Made by a program: the position numbers and the translations under genes. The notes beneath the pieces are model-generated. The model was not told where the DNA came from. It saw only the letters and a program-made list of their open reading frames with translations, and did no database searches. This document shows, in pieces, positions 14,087 to 24,811 of a DNA stretch of 64,000 bases (its first letter is position 1; every line of letters starts with the position of its first letter). Source of the DNA: Deinococcus sp. Lineage in GTDB: Bacteria > Deinococcota > Deinococci > Deinococcales > Deinococcaceae. The stretch lies in the NCBI GenBank assembly GCA_965261005.1, contig OZ253375.1:1632001-1696000 (forward strand), read 5' to 3'.

Positions 14087-14845
14087 TCAGTGTGGATAAA
14101 GGCCGCCGTCCACGCCGATCACCTGTCCGGTGATGTAGCCGGCGGCGTCCGACGCCAGAAAGGCGACCAGCGCCGCCACGTCCTCGGGCGAGCCGAAGCG
14201 GCCGAGCGGGATGTTCGCGAGGTAGCCCGCCCGCACGTTCTCGGGCAGCGCCGCCGTCATGTCGGACGCGATAAAGCCGGGCGCCACCGCGTTGACGGTG
14301 ACGCCGCGCCCGCCGTACTCCCGCGCGAGGGCCTTGGTCAACCCGATCAGGCCGGCCTTGCTGGCGACGTAGTTGGCCTGACCGGCGTTGCCCATCAAGC
14401 CGACCACGCTGGACACGCTGATGACGCGCCCCGCCCGCGCCCGCATCATCAGCTTGAGGGCGGCGCGCGCCGCGAAAAAGGACGCGCTCAAGTTGGTGTC
14501 GAGAACGCTTTGCCAATCGTCGTCCTTCATGCGCACGGCCAGGCCGTCCCGGGTGATGCCCGCGTTGTTGACCAGGACGTGCAGCCCGCCGAGTTCCTTC
14601 ACGACCGTCTCGACCAGCTGTCCGGCATTCGCGGGCACGCTCAAATCCGCCCCGAAGACCTCGGCCCGCCCGCCGGCGGCGCGGATTTCTTCCGCTACCT
14701 TGTCGGCCTCGGCCCCGTTTTTGCCGTAGTGCACCGCCACCTGATGTCCCGCCGCCCCCAGCGCCAGCGCCACCGCGCGGCCGAGGCCGCGGCTGGAGCC
14801 GGTGACCAAAGCTACCCTTGAATCTGTCGCCGACTCTGTGCTCAT
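14087..14845 (-). CDS. fabG: 3-oxoacyl-ACP reductase
   Basis: TGSSRGLG, NNAGITRD, NYVASKAG, APGFI; fab operon context. Confidence 0.95.
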   Translation of the reverse strand: MSTESATDSRVALVTGSSRGLGRAVALALGAAGHQVAVHYGKNGAEADKVAEEIRAAGGRAEVFGADLSVPANAGQLVETVVKELGGLHVLVNNAGITRDGLAVRMKDDDWQSVLDTNLSASFFAARAALKLMMRARAGRVISVSSVVGLMGNAGQANYVASKAGLIGLTKALAREYGGRGVTVNAVAPGFIASDMTAALPENVRAGYLANIPLGRFGSPEDVAALVAFLASDAAGYITGQVIGVDGGLYPH

Positions 14846-15363
14846 GTTTTCCCCTCCGGCGTGTTGGTCACGTCCCCCAGCAGCGTGGACGGCTTGCCGC
14901 CCGACTTGAGGATGCTGAAGGTGCCGTCGGTTTCCAGCACCACCGCCTCCACGTCGTCCAGCCGCGAGACACCCTGGGCGCGCACCGCCTCGCGGATTTC
15001 CTCGGGCATCACCCGCTGCTTTCTCAGCGCCCCCTCCAAGAGTTGCCCCTTGTGCAAGAGGAGGGTCGGCTCGGACTTGACCAAGCGGCTGACCCACTTG
15101 CTCCTCAGCGAGGTCCAGGTGACCGCGTATTGCAACCCGATCAGCACCGCAAAGCCCAACACGCCCTCCGCCAGGGAGACGCTCTTGGTCAGCAGCACGC
15201 TCGCCAGGGTGGAACCCAGCGCCACCGTCACCACCAGGTCAAAGGCGTTCAGCTTGGACAGCGTCCGCTTGCCCGACACCCGCAGCAGCAGCACCAAGGC
15301 GACGTAGGCCAGCACGCCCACGACCAAGACGCGCAGCAGGCCGAACCAGGAATCGAAGAACAT
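14842..15363 (-). CDS. DUF421/YetF-family membrane protein
   Basis: LLRVSGKRTLSKLNAFDLVVTVALGS and VVLETDGTFSI motifs; starts MFFDSW. Confidence 0.85.
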   Translation of the reverse strand: MFFDSWFGLLRVLVVGVLAYVALVLLLRVSGKRTLSKLNAFDLVVTVALGSTLASVLLTKSVSLAEGVLGFAVLIGLQYAVTWTSLRSKWVSRLVKSEPTLLLHKGQLLEGALRKQRVMPEEIREAVRAQGVSRLDDVEAVVLETDGTFSILKSGGKPSTLLGDVTNTPEGKT

Positions 15364-15371
15364 GCGGCAGC

Positions 15372-16274
15372 TTACCAAGCGGCCAGGTCGGCAGGGACGT
15401 GAACGCCGCGCACCTCGGCTCCCGGCAGGATGCGCCTCACCAGGCCCGAAAGCACGCTGCCGGAGCCGAACTCGATAAATTGGGTGGCACCCAGCGAAGC
15501 TAATTTTTCTATGGTCTCCACCCAACGCACCGGGGCGGTGATCTGCTCGGTCAGCAGGCCGGGCACCGCGCGGGCGTCCGGCACTGGGGCGGCGCTCACG
15601 TTGGCGAGCACCGGGAAGCTCATTTCGCCCAACTTCGCCGCGCGCAAGTCCGGCGTCAGCCCCTCGCGCGCCGGCCACATCAGGGAGCAGTGGAAGGGCG
15701 CGCTGACCTTGAGCGGGATGACCTTGAGGCCCTGAGTCTTGAGGGTGAGGCCCGCCGCCCCGACCGCCCCCGTCTCGCCGCTGATAACGGTCTGGACGCG
15801 CGCATTGTAGTTGGCGATTTCGACGATGCCCGCCGTCGCCTCGCACACTTCGGCCACGGTCTGCGGATCGCCCATCACGGCGCTCATGGCCCCTGCGCCC
15901 GGGGGCACGGCGACCTGCATCAATTGGCCGCGTTTGTGGACCAGCCTGAGGGCGCCCTCCAAGTCCAGCGTGCCCGCCGCCACGTGGGCGCTGTATTCGC
16001 CCAGGCTGTGCCCCGCAGTGAAGGCCGGCGTCAGGCCGGTCACCTCCCGCCAAGCGCGGTAGGCGGCAATGGAGGCCGCGACCAGGGCGGGCTGCTGGTT
16101 GGCCGTCAAGGTCAGGTCCTCGATAGGGCCATTTGCCATCAAACTTCGCAAGCCGGGCACAACCGCCTCAGCCGTCACCAAAACGTCCTCCGCCACCGGA
16201 AAGGCGCCCGCCATCTCGCCCCCCATGCCCAGGGCGTGCGAGTTCTGGCCGGGAAACAGGGCCGCGATCTTCAT
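15372..16274 (-). CDS. fabD: malonyl-CoA:ACP transacylase
   Basis: LFPGQ, QPAL, GHSLGEY, VSAPFHC, PVRW. Confidence 0.95.
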   Translation of the reverse strand: MKIAALFPGQNSHALGMGGEMAGAFPVAEDVLVTAEAVVPGLRSLMANGPIEDLTLTANQQPALVAASIAAYRAWREVTGLTPAFTAGHSLGEYSAHVAAGTLDLEGALRLVHKRGQLMQVAVPPGAGAMSAVMGDPQTVAEVCEATAGIVEIANYNARVQTVISGETGAVGAAGLTLKTQGLKVIPLKVSAPFHCSLMWPAREGLTPDLRAAKLGEMSFPVLANVSAAPVPDARAVPGLLTEQITAPVRWVETIEKLASLGATQFIEFGSGSVLSGLVRRILPGAEVRGVHVPADLAAW

Positions 16275-17257
16275 GCCCCTCCAATCTGCTGACCCCAAGT
16301 CAAAACGGTGGCCGCCCAGGTCAGGCCCGCGCCGAAGGTGACCAGCAGCAGGTGGTCGCCCGCCCTCACCCTGTCGCCGTCGAGGGCGTGCCGCATGGCG
16401 AGGCCGATGGAGGCGGTCGAATTGTTGCCGTACTCGTCCACCGTCACGACCACGCGCGACCCCGGCAGCCCGAGTTTTTCGCGCGCCGCCTCGATGATGC
16501 GGGCGTTGGCCTGGTGCGGTACGAACAGCGCGATGTCGTCCACCGACAGGCCCGCCGCCTGGGCCGCCTCCAGCGTCGCTGAGTGCATGACGCGTACCGC
16601 GAACTTGTAGACCTCGCGCCCGTTCATGAAGACCTTGTCGCTCAGCGGGGTGCCGTCGGGCAGGCAGGGGGCCAGTTGACCCAGGTGCAGGTGTTTGCCG
16701 CCCGACCCGTCGGCGCCCAGCACCCACGACTTGAAGCCGAGCCCATCCGGCACCGCCTCGACAATCGCCGCGCTGGCCCCGTCGCCGAACAGCACGGCGG
16801 TCGAGCGGTCGGTCCAGTCGATCACCTTGGTCAGCGCCTCGGCCCCGATGGTCAGCACCTTGTTGCAGATGCCCGCGCGCACGTAGGCGTCCGCCACCGA
16901 CAGGGCGTAGACCCAGCCCGGACAGGCCGCCAGCAGGTCAAAGGCGCCCGCCCTCAAGCCGAAGTGCTCTTGCACCATGCTGGCGGTCGAGGGAAACAGG
17001 GCGTCGGGCGTGTTGGTCGCCACGATCACCATGTCCACGCCTTCGAGGGCGTCCTCGCCGTGGCGCCGCAGCAAATCCTCCACCGCGCGAACGCCCATAG
17101 TGGAGCAGAACTCGTCCTCGGCGGCGACGTGGCGCCGCTTGATGCCGGTGCGCGAGCTGATCCACTCGTCCGAGGTGTCGAGCAGCTTCTCGAAGTCCTG
17201 ATTGGTCATCACGCGCGCGGGCGCGTAGGTGCCAAGGGCGGTGATGCCGGCGGCCAT
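16271..17257 (-). CDS. fabH: beta-ketoacyl-ACP synthase III
   Basis: DTSDEWISSRTGI, AAC, LFGDGA, PHQAN, GNNS, FGAGLTW. Confidence 0.95.
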   Translation of the reverse strand: MAAGITALGTYAPARVMTNQDFEKLLDTSDEWISSRTGIKRRHVAAEDEFCSTMGVRAVEDLLRRHGEDALEGVDMVIVATNTPDALFPSTASMVQEHFGLRAGAFDLLAACPGWVYALSVADAYVRAGICNKVLTIGAEALTKVIDWTDRSTAVLFGDGASAAIVEAVPDGLGFKSWVLGADGSGGKHLHLGQLAPCLPDGTPLSDKVFMNGREVYKFAVRVMHSATLEAAQAAGLSVDDIALFVPHQANARIIEAAREKLGLPGSRVVVTVDEYGNNSTASIGLAMRHALDGDRVRAGDHLLLVTFGAGLTWAATVLTWGQQIGGA

Positions 17258-17392
17258 GCGTACCTCCGGGGGCAGCCTAGCAATCTTTGACTGGTGGGTC
17301 AACGAATCCTCCCGTGCGTTTGGGGGTGCCGTTCTGTAAGCTGGGCCGAGCACCCTTCACCCTCAACGGGCGCCCTCACTTCAAGGAGCCGC

Positions 17393-18436
17393 ATGACCAC
17401 CCACCCGACCTCGACCGCTTCCCAACCTTCTGCCCTGCCGCGCCCGCGCACGACGCCGGCGCAGAACGTCGTGACCGTGCTGGTCAGCTTCTGGCTGATG
17501 ATCGGCATCTTCGTGGACGGCTGGGCGCACAACCACTTCGGGGCCTCGCTGGAGACCTTTTTTACGCCGTGGCACGCCATCTTCTACTCGGGCTTTCTGG
17601 CAACGGCGCTGTGGGTGGGCGCCCTGGTGTGGCGCGGCTGGCGGGAAGGGCGGCGCGGGCTGGGCGCGGTGCCGGTGGGATACGAGCTGGGCGTGCTGGG
17701 CGTCTTTATATTCGGCGTGGGCGGGCTGGGCGACCTGACTTGGCACACCGTCTTCGGCATCGAGGTGGGCACGGCGGCGCTGCTGTCGCCGACCCATTTG
17801 CTGCTGTTCCTGGGCGCCGAGTTGCTGGCGGTCTCGCCGCTGTCGGCGGCGTGGCAGACGCCCACACCGCGCCGCGCCCCCGCCGGCGTGGTGTGGCCGG
17901 CGGTGCTGTCCATGACGGCCACCCTGTCATTCGCCTCCTTTATGCACATGTACCTGTGGGCCTTGGTGGACTTGCCGCAGCCGAACAGCTACCTGGCCGA
18001 GCGCGCCCTGCTGGCCGGCACGCTGCTGACCGCCCTGATGCTGGCGGCCCCGGTGCTGTTGCTGCTGAGGCGCTGGCAGCTGCCCTTCGGCGCCGTAACG
18101 GCCATGTACCTGCTCAACACCCTCCTGATGCGCGGCATGACGGTGGGCCTCGGCGACTGGTCGGTCTTGCTGCTGGCCCTCGTGGCCGGGCTGGCCGCCG
18201 ACGGCCTGATTTTCTGGTGGCGCCCGGCGCCGGGGCGACCCCTCGCCTATCGCGCCTTTGCCGTGACCTTACCCCTCCTGGTCTGGGTCCCCTTTTACGT
18301 CGGGGCGCTGTCGCTCGGTTTGCTGAGCATCGGTTTGGAGCTGTGGGCGGGGATATGCGTGATGACGGCCCTGGGTGGCCTGGCCCTCAGCGCCCTGATC
18401 GTGCCGTCCGCGCTGCCGGGGGAGGCGCGGACTTGA
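17393..18436 (+). CDS. polytopic membrane protein, unknown function
   Basis: AAGGAG RBS; about 9 hydrophobic segments; DGWAH, ETFFTPWH, DLTWH, SPTH His-rich motifs. Confidence 0.8.
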   Translation: MTTHPTSTASQPSALPRPRTTPAQNVVTVLVSFWLMIGIFVDGWAHNHFGASLETFFTPWHAIFYSGFLATALWVGALVWRGWREGRRGLGAVPVGYELGVLGVFIFGVGGLGDLTWHTVFGIEVGTAALLSPTHLLLFLGAELLAVSPLSAAWQTPTPRRAPAGVVWPAVLSMTATLSFASFMHMYLWALVDLPQPNSYLAERALLAGTLLTALMLAAPVLLLLRRWQLPFGAVTAMYLLNTLLMRGMTVGLGDWSVLLLALVAGLAADGLIFWWRPAPGRPLAYRAFAVTLPLLVWVPFYVGALSLGLLSIGLELWAGICVMTALGGLALSALIVPSALPGEART

Positions 18437-18530
18437 AGGCGCCGGAACGATCTTAAGAAGCGCTACAAGCTTGTTCGGCGGCCATTTAAGAAGCCGTCAC
18501 CCGGTCCTTTGGGCCGGACGCTAGCCTCCT

Positions 18531-19749
18531 ATGAGTCCGGCGGGGGCCGGTCAACGCTTCGAGCGCGCTGACCGGCCCCCGCTCAAAGGGAGGGCGGTCG
18601 CCTTGAACGCGCAGCACGATCTGATTTGTCTTTCACACCTGCGCTGGAACTTCGTGTACCAGCGTCCACAGCACCTGATGACCCGCGCGGCGAGGGAGCG
18701 GCGCGTGCTTTACATGGAGGAAAACGTTTACGAACAAGGGTGTCGGGCGCGTCTCGACGTGCGGCAAGAGGACGGCGTCACGGTGATTGTGCCGCATTTG
18801 CCCTCGGAATTGAGCGGCGACGCGGGCGAGGACGTGGCGCGCGAACTGCTGCGCGCTTACCTGGTGAGCGAGGGCGTGCGGCGTCCGGTCGCCTGGGTCT
18901 ACACCCCCATGCGCCTGCCGCTGCTGGACGGTCTGGAGACCAGCGCCCTGATTTACGACTGCATGGACGAGCTGGCCAACTTTCACGGGGCGCCGCCCGA
19001 ATTGCAGGGGCGCGAGCGGCAACTGCTGGCACGCGCCGACGTGGTCTTCACCGGCGGCGAGCGGTTGTGGGAAGCCAAGAGAATGCAGCACCCGAGCGTC
19101 CACCCCTTCCCCTCCAGCGTGGACGCGGCCCACTTCGCCCGCGCCCGCGCCGGGCTGCCCGATCCGGCGGACCAGCGCGGCATTTCCCGGCCCCGGCTGG
19201 GCTTTTTCGGGGTGATTGACGAGCGCTTCGACACTGGACTCTTGCGCGAGCTGGCCGCGCGCCGCCCGGCGTGGCAGTTCGTGCTGATCGGCCCGACCGT
19301 GAAGATCAACCCGGACAGCTTGCCGCGGGGCGAGAACGTACATTACCTGGGCATGAAAGGCTACGCTGAGCTGCCGAGCTACCTGGCCCATTGGGACGTG
19401 GCGCTCTTGCCCTTCGCGCGCAACGCAGCGACCGAGTTCATCTCCCCCACCAAGACGCCCGAGTACCTGGCGGCGGGCGTGCCGGTCGTCTCGACCGATA
19501 TCCGCGACGTGGTCCGTCCGTGGGGTGAGGCGGGCGCCGCGCGGATCGCGGGCGACGTGGACACCTTCGAGGCGGCCATTCAGGCGGCCCTGACAGAGGA
19601 CAACGCCGCCCGGTTGTCGGCGGCGGACGCGCTGCTGGCCGGCATGTCCTGGGACCGCACCTGGGCCGAGATGGACGCGCTGATCAAGCGGGCCGAGGCG
19701 CAACACGCGCCCCCCCTCGCCAGGGGCGCGAGCGTGGTTGGGGCGGCCG

Positions 19750-19757
<8 letters not shown>
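18531..19757 (+). CDS. glycosyltransferase (GT-B) of the type found beside UDP-galactopyranose mutase
   Basis: SHLRWNFVYQRPQHL, YDCMDEL, SPTKTPEYLAAG; true start may be TTG 18603. Confidence 0.85.
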
Positions 19758-20907
<1,150 letters not shown>

Positions 20908-20911
20908 GCGG

Positions 20912-22999
20912 ATGCAGCCCTCGGAAGTGCAGCCGCTGGAGCTGTGGGCCGGCGTGGAGGCCACGGTCAACCGCGTCGGCGAGACGTATCAAGACCAGCT
21001 GGCCCTCAGCGGCTTCGGGCGCCGCCTCGGCGACCTCAACTTGCTGGCCTCGCTGGGGGCGCGGCGGCTGCGCTTTCCGGCGCTGTGGGAGCGCGCCGCG
21101 CCTGACCGGGAAGGCGCCTTCGATTGGCGCTGGCTGGACACTTGGCTCGGCCGGGCGCGCGTTCTCGGGCTGGCCCCCATCGCGGGCCTGCTGCACCACG
21201 GCAGCGGCCCCAGCTACACCGACCTGCTCGACCCCGACTTTCCGGAGAAGCTGGCCCGCTACGCCCGCGCGGTCGCGCAGCGCTACCCGTGGATCGGCGC
21301 CTACACGCCGGTGAACGAGCCGCTCACGACGGCGCGCTTCAGCGCCCTCTACGGCCACTGGTACCCGCACGGGCGGCGCGACGGCAGCTTCGTGCGCGCG
21401 TTGCTGGGCCAGGTGCGCGCGACCGTGCTGGCGATGCGCGCCATTCGCGAGATCAATCCGGGCGCCCAACTGGTGCAGACCGAGGACCTCGGCTTCACCC
21501 ACGCGACGCCCCCCCTGCGCGCCCAAGCGGACTTTGACAACGCGCGCCGCTGGCTGAGCTTCGACCTCCTGACCGGGCGGGTGGACGAGCGGCACGAGCT
21601 GTGGGGCTACCTGCTGTGGGCCGGGGCGGACGAGCGGGAACTGGCCGAACTCGCGCAGGAACCTTGTCCGCCGGGCGTGCTGGGCGTCAATGCCTACGTA
21701 ACCAGCGAGCGCTTTCTTGACGACCGCTTGGAGCGCTACCCGGCGCAGTTGCACGGCGGTAACGGACGCGACGCCTACGTGGACGTGGAGGCGGTGCGGG
21801 TGCTGGGTGCGGGCGTCGGCGGCTTCGGGGCGCGTTTGCGCGAGGCGCACGGGCGCTACCATCTGCCGCTGGCCATCACCGAGGTTCACCTCGGCTGCAC
21901 CCGCGAAGAGCAGCTGCGCTGGTTGTGGGACACCTGGCAAACGGCCCTGGAGGCGCGCGGGGAGGGCGTGGACGTGCGCGCCCTGACGGTCTGGTCGGCC
22001 TTCGGCGCCTACGACTGGAACAGCTTGCTGACCCGCAACAGCGGCCACTACGAGCCGGGTTTGTGGGACGTGCGCGCCCCCGCGCCGCGCCCCACGGCGC
22101 TGGTCACCCTCGCGCGCGAGCTGGCCGCCGGCCAAGCGCCCAGCCACCCGGTCCTGGAGGGGCCGGGTTGGTGGCAGCGTGAACAGCGCTTTTCGTACCC
22201 GCCCGAGGGTGAGGTGCGCGCCCAGCCCGCCTCGGGCCGGCCCCTATTGATCGTGGGCGCGGGCGCGCTGGCCGCCGCCCTGGCGCGCGTCTGCGAGGTG
22301 CGCGGTCTGCCCTACCGCCGGTCGAACGCCCCGTGGGCAGAGCAGGCGCTGGACCAGGGACAACCTTGGGCGATCATCAACGCCGGTTGGGACCGGGCCG
22401 CCCATGAGGGCGCCGCGCAGTTGGCCGCTGCCTGCGCCGGGCGCGGCCTCCCGCTGGTCCACTTTTCGAGCGACGCGGTGTTCGGCGGTGAAAAGAAAAC
22501 GCCCCACGTCGAGAGCGACCCGCCGGACCCGCCGAGCGCCCACGGCCGCGCCCAGCTGGAAGCCGAACGGGCCGCGCTGGCAAGCTGCCCGCAGGCCCTG
22601 GTCGTCCGCACGGCAGCCCCGTTTGGACCTTGGGACGCGGGCGATTTCGTGACGCGCGGGTTGGCGCGGCTGCGCGCGGGACAGCGCTGGGAAGCGCCAA
22701 GCGACCGGGTGGTGTCCCCCACCTACCTGCCAGAACTCGCCCACCACAGCCTCGACCTCTTGATCGACGGCGAGCGGGGCGTGTGGCACCTGGCCCACCC
22801 CGCCGCGCTCAGCTGGGCGGACTTCGCGCGCCTCGCCGCGCGCATGGCGGGCCTGAACGCCAAGCTGGTGACGGACGTCCCCTCCAATCCCGGCTTCAGC
22901 GCCCTCGCCAGCGAGCGCGGCTGGATGATGCCCGGCTTGGAGCAGGCGCTGGAATACTACCTTCACGATGTTCGAGAAGATGCGCGAACCGAGGTCTGA
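20912..22999 (+). CDS. glycoside hydrolase (GH1-like TIM barrel) fused to an RmlD-like SDR domain
   Basis: YTPVNEP and AITE catalytic-Glu motifs; C-terminal FSSDAVFGG, LVVRT, SPTY, GVWHL. Confidence 0.8.
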   Translation: MQPSEVQPLELWAGVEATVNRVGETYQDQLALSGFGRRLGDLNLLASLGARRLRFPALWERAAPDREGAFDWRWLDTWLGRARVLGLAPIAGLLHHGSGPSYTDLLDPDFPEKLARYARAVAQRYPWIGAYTPVNEPLTTARFSALYGHWYPHGRRDGSFVRALLGQVRATVLAMRAIREINPGAQLVQTEDLGFTHATPPLRAQADFDNARRWLSFDLLTGRVDERHELWGYLLWAGADERELAELAQEPCPPGVLGVNAYVTSERFLDDRLERYPAQLHGGNGRDAYVDVEAVRVLGAGVGGFGARLREAHGRYHLPLAITEVHLGCTREEQLRWLWDTWQTALEARGEGVDVRALTVWSAFGAYDWNSLLTRNSGHYEPGLWDVRAPAPRPTALVTLARELAAGQAPSHPVLEGPGWWQREQRFSYPPEGEVRAQPASGRPLLIVGAGALAAALARVCEVRGLPYRRSNAPWAEQALDQGQPWAIINAGWDRAAHEGAAQLAAACAGRGLPLVHFSSDAVFGGEKKTPHVESDPPDPPSAHGRAQLEAERAALASCPQALVVRTAAPFGPWDAGDFVTRGLARLRAGQRWEAPSDRVVSPTYLPELAHHSLDLLIDGERGVWHLAHPAALSWADFARLAARMAGLNAKLVTDVPSNPGFSALASERGWMMPGLEQALEYYLHDVREDARTEV

Positions 23000-23111
23000 T
23001 ACGGGATTGCTTTGATTCCAAGCCATGTTGGGAAAACACCAACATAGCTTTCCATCGTCGCCATCCCATACTTGCTTCTACTCGCTCCGCTCGGATTCGT
23101 CTTCGACTCAT
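22997..23111. repeat. degenerate SRE-like Deinococcus intergenic repeat
   Basis: Begins TGATACGG and shares TACTCGCtCCGCTCG with the copy at 23878; right end not recognisable. Confidence 0.55.
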
Positions 23112-23135
23112 CTTAAGTTCTTATGAAGCTCGAAC

Positions 23136-23855
23136 GTGCTAAACAGAAGCGTGGAGCGCGCCCCCATCGTCTTCGTCCACGCCAGCCGCTTGAGCCGCCA
23201 GATGTGGGCGCCGCAGCTCTCGGGTTTGGCCGGGGAATTCCAGCTGATCGCCCCCGACTTGCCGGGGCACGGTACGTTGGCGCGCGAGCGCTTCAGCCTA
23301 GACGCGGCGGTGGACCAGCTCTCGGGGGTGATCCGGGAGGCGGGCGGGCCGGCGACGGTGGTCGGGCTATCCCTCGGCGGCTACCTGGCGCTGGAACTCG
23401 CCAGCCGCCACCCGGAACTGGTGCGGGGCCTGCTGCTGGCCTCGTGCAGCGCCGAGCCGCGCTATCCCCTCAGCGCGCCGTACCTGTGGAGCGCCCACGC
23501 CACGGCCAAGCTGTACCGCCCGCTGGTCTCGCGCGTGAGCGCCGCCTTTCGCCGCGCCTCGCTGGGGGGCGAGGTGGCGGACCCACAGCTGGCGGCCGGC
23601 GTGTACTGGGACGCCTTTCCCGACGTGCTGCGCGCCGTCTTGCCACAGAGGTGGCTGCCCAAGGTACGCTCTCTCGCGTGCCCCACCCTGTTTGTCAACG
23701 GCGCCCGCGACCACGTCTTCCGCCTGGAAGAGCGCCGCTTCGTGCGGGCGGCCCCACACGGCGAACTGAGGGTAGTCGCGGGCGCGGGCCATTTGGTCAA
23801 CCTGGAGCGGCCCGAGGTGTTCACGCGGCTGGTGCGGGACGTCGCCGGGCGCTGA
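23136..23855 (+). CDS. alpha/beta hydrolase
   Basis: PDLPGHG, GLSLGG nucleophile elbow, GAGH. Confidence 0.88.
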   Translation: MLNRSVERAPIVFVHASRLSRQMWAPQLSGLAGEFQLIAPDLPGHGTLARERFSLDAAVDQLSGVIREAGGPATVVGLSLGGYLALELASRHPELVRGLLLASCSAEPRYPLSAPYLWSAHATAKLYRPLVSRVSAAFRRASLGGEVADPQLAAGVYWDAFPDVLRAVLPQRWLPKVRSLACPTLFVNGARDHVFRLEERRFVRAAPHGELRVVAGAGHLVNLERPEVFTRLVRDVAGR

Positions 23856-23877
23856 ACGGGCACAACAGCACGGCCCG

Positions 23878-24016
23878 TCATACGGATTCCGCTTCCTTCC
23901 GTACAGTCGAGAACAGCACTCGCCTGTACTCCATACCGCGAAACCCGTATGTTTTTCTTACTCGCGCCGCTCGAAAAATTTCCGATGAGGTTCGGAAATT
24001 TTCGGAGTCCGTATCA
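23878..24016. repeat. 139-bp SRE-like / MITE-like element with terminal inverted repeats
   Basis: Ends TCATACGGATTCCG ... CGGAGTCCGTATCA (12/14 inverted match); internal hairpin AAATTTCCGA-TGAGGT-TCGGAAATTT. Confidence 0.75.
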
Positions 24017-24083
24017 GATGACGCCCCACCTGCACCGCAAGGGCTTGTCGTTCGCCCGCCGCGAGCCGACCTGTGTGCAGCGA

Positions 24084-24677
24084 TCACCCTGATGGAAGGC
24101 GCAGACCGGCGATGAGCCGCTTGACCATCCGGCGGGCATCGTAACGGGGATCGGGGCCTGCGCCAATACAGAGATTGCCGACCCCGTACATCAGTTCAAA
24201 AGCCCCCACATCCGGCTGAATTTCGCCAGCCTTCACAGCGGCGCTGATGATCTCGGCGCAGACGGGCAAAAGCTTGTCTAAAAAAGACACCTGCAAGCTG
24301 GCGAAGCTGGGCTTGTCGGACTGCATCGCGGCGGCCAGACCGTGCTTGGTGACCAGAAAATCCACGAATAGGTCTATCCAGCTACCGAGAGCGACGTAAG
24401 GACTGGAACTGCTCGCCAGCAGCGCTGGGCCAGCCTGGGCGCAGACCTCCACCTGATGGCGGTAGACCGCTCCAATCAGGTCGGCGCGGGTGGGAAAGTG
24501 GCGATAAATCGTCGCGGTGCCCACCCCAGCTTGAGCCGCGATGTCACGGATCGGCACATTGACTCCAGTCGTCACGAACAATGCGGCGGCAGCGTCGAGG
24601 AGGGCCTGTTCATTGAGTCGGGCATCCGCCCGTTTCGGGCGGGTGGACGGTTTCGTGTGTTCGTCATCAGTACTCAC
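24084..24677 (-). CDS. TetR/AcrR-family transcriptional regulator
   Basis: RADAR..N, IAAQAGVGTATIYRHFPTR HTH; likely GTG start 24677. Confidence 0.9.
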   Translation of the reverse strand: MSTDDEHTKPSTRPKRADARLNEQALLDAAAALFVTTGVNVPIRDIAAQAGVGTATIYRHFPTRADLIGAVYRHQVEVCAQAGPALLASSSSPYVALGSWIDLFVDFLVTKHGLAAAMQSDKPSFASLQVSFLDKLLPVCAEIISAAVKAGEIQPDVGAFELMYGVGNLCIGAGPDPRYDARRMVKRLIAGLRLPSG

Positions 24678-24702
24678 CAATTCACGGCCTCCACTGCTGA
24701 GC

Positions 24703-24752
24703 TTGACAAACGGGACGCTGTCCCATATATTTCCGGGACAGCGTCCCGTTTG
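24703..24752 (+). promoter_or_regulatory. sigma70-type promoter overlapped by a perfect 18-bp inverted-repeat operator
   Basis: TTGACA 24703-24708, 17 nt, TATATT 24726-24731; CAAACGGGACGCTGTCCC-N10-GGGACAGCGTCCCGTTTG. Confidence 0.85.
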
Positions 24753-24811
24753 AACAGTGTACCGCAACGAACGTTCGACAACTCCTCCAATTGCGAAAGG
24801 AAGTTCAGGCC

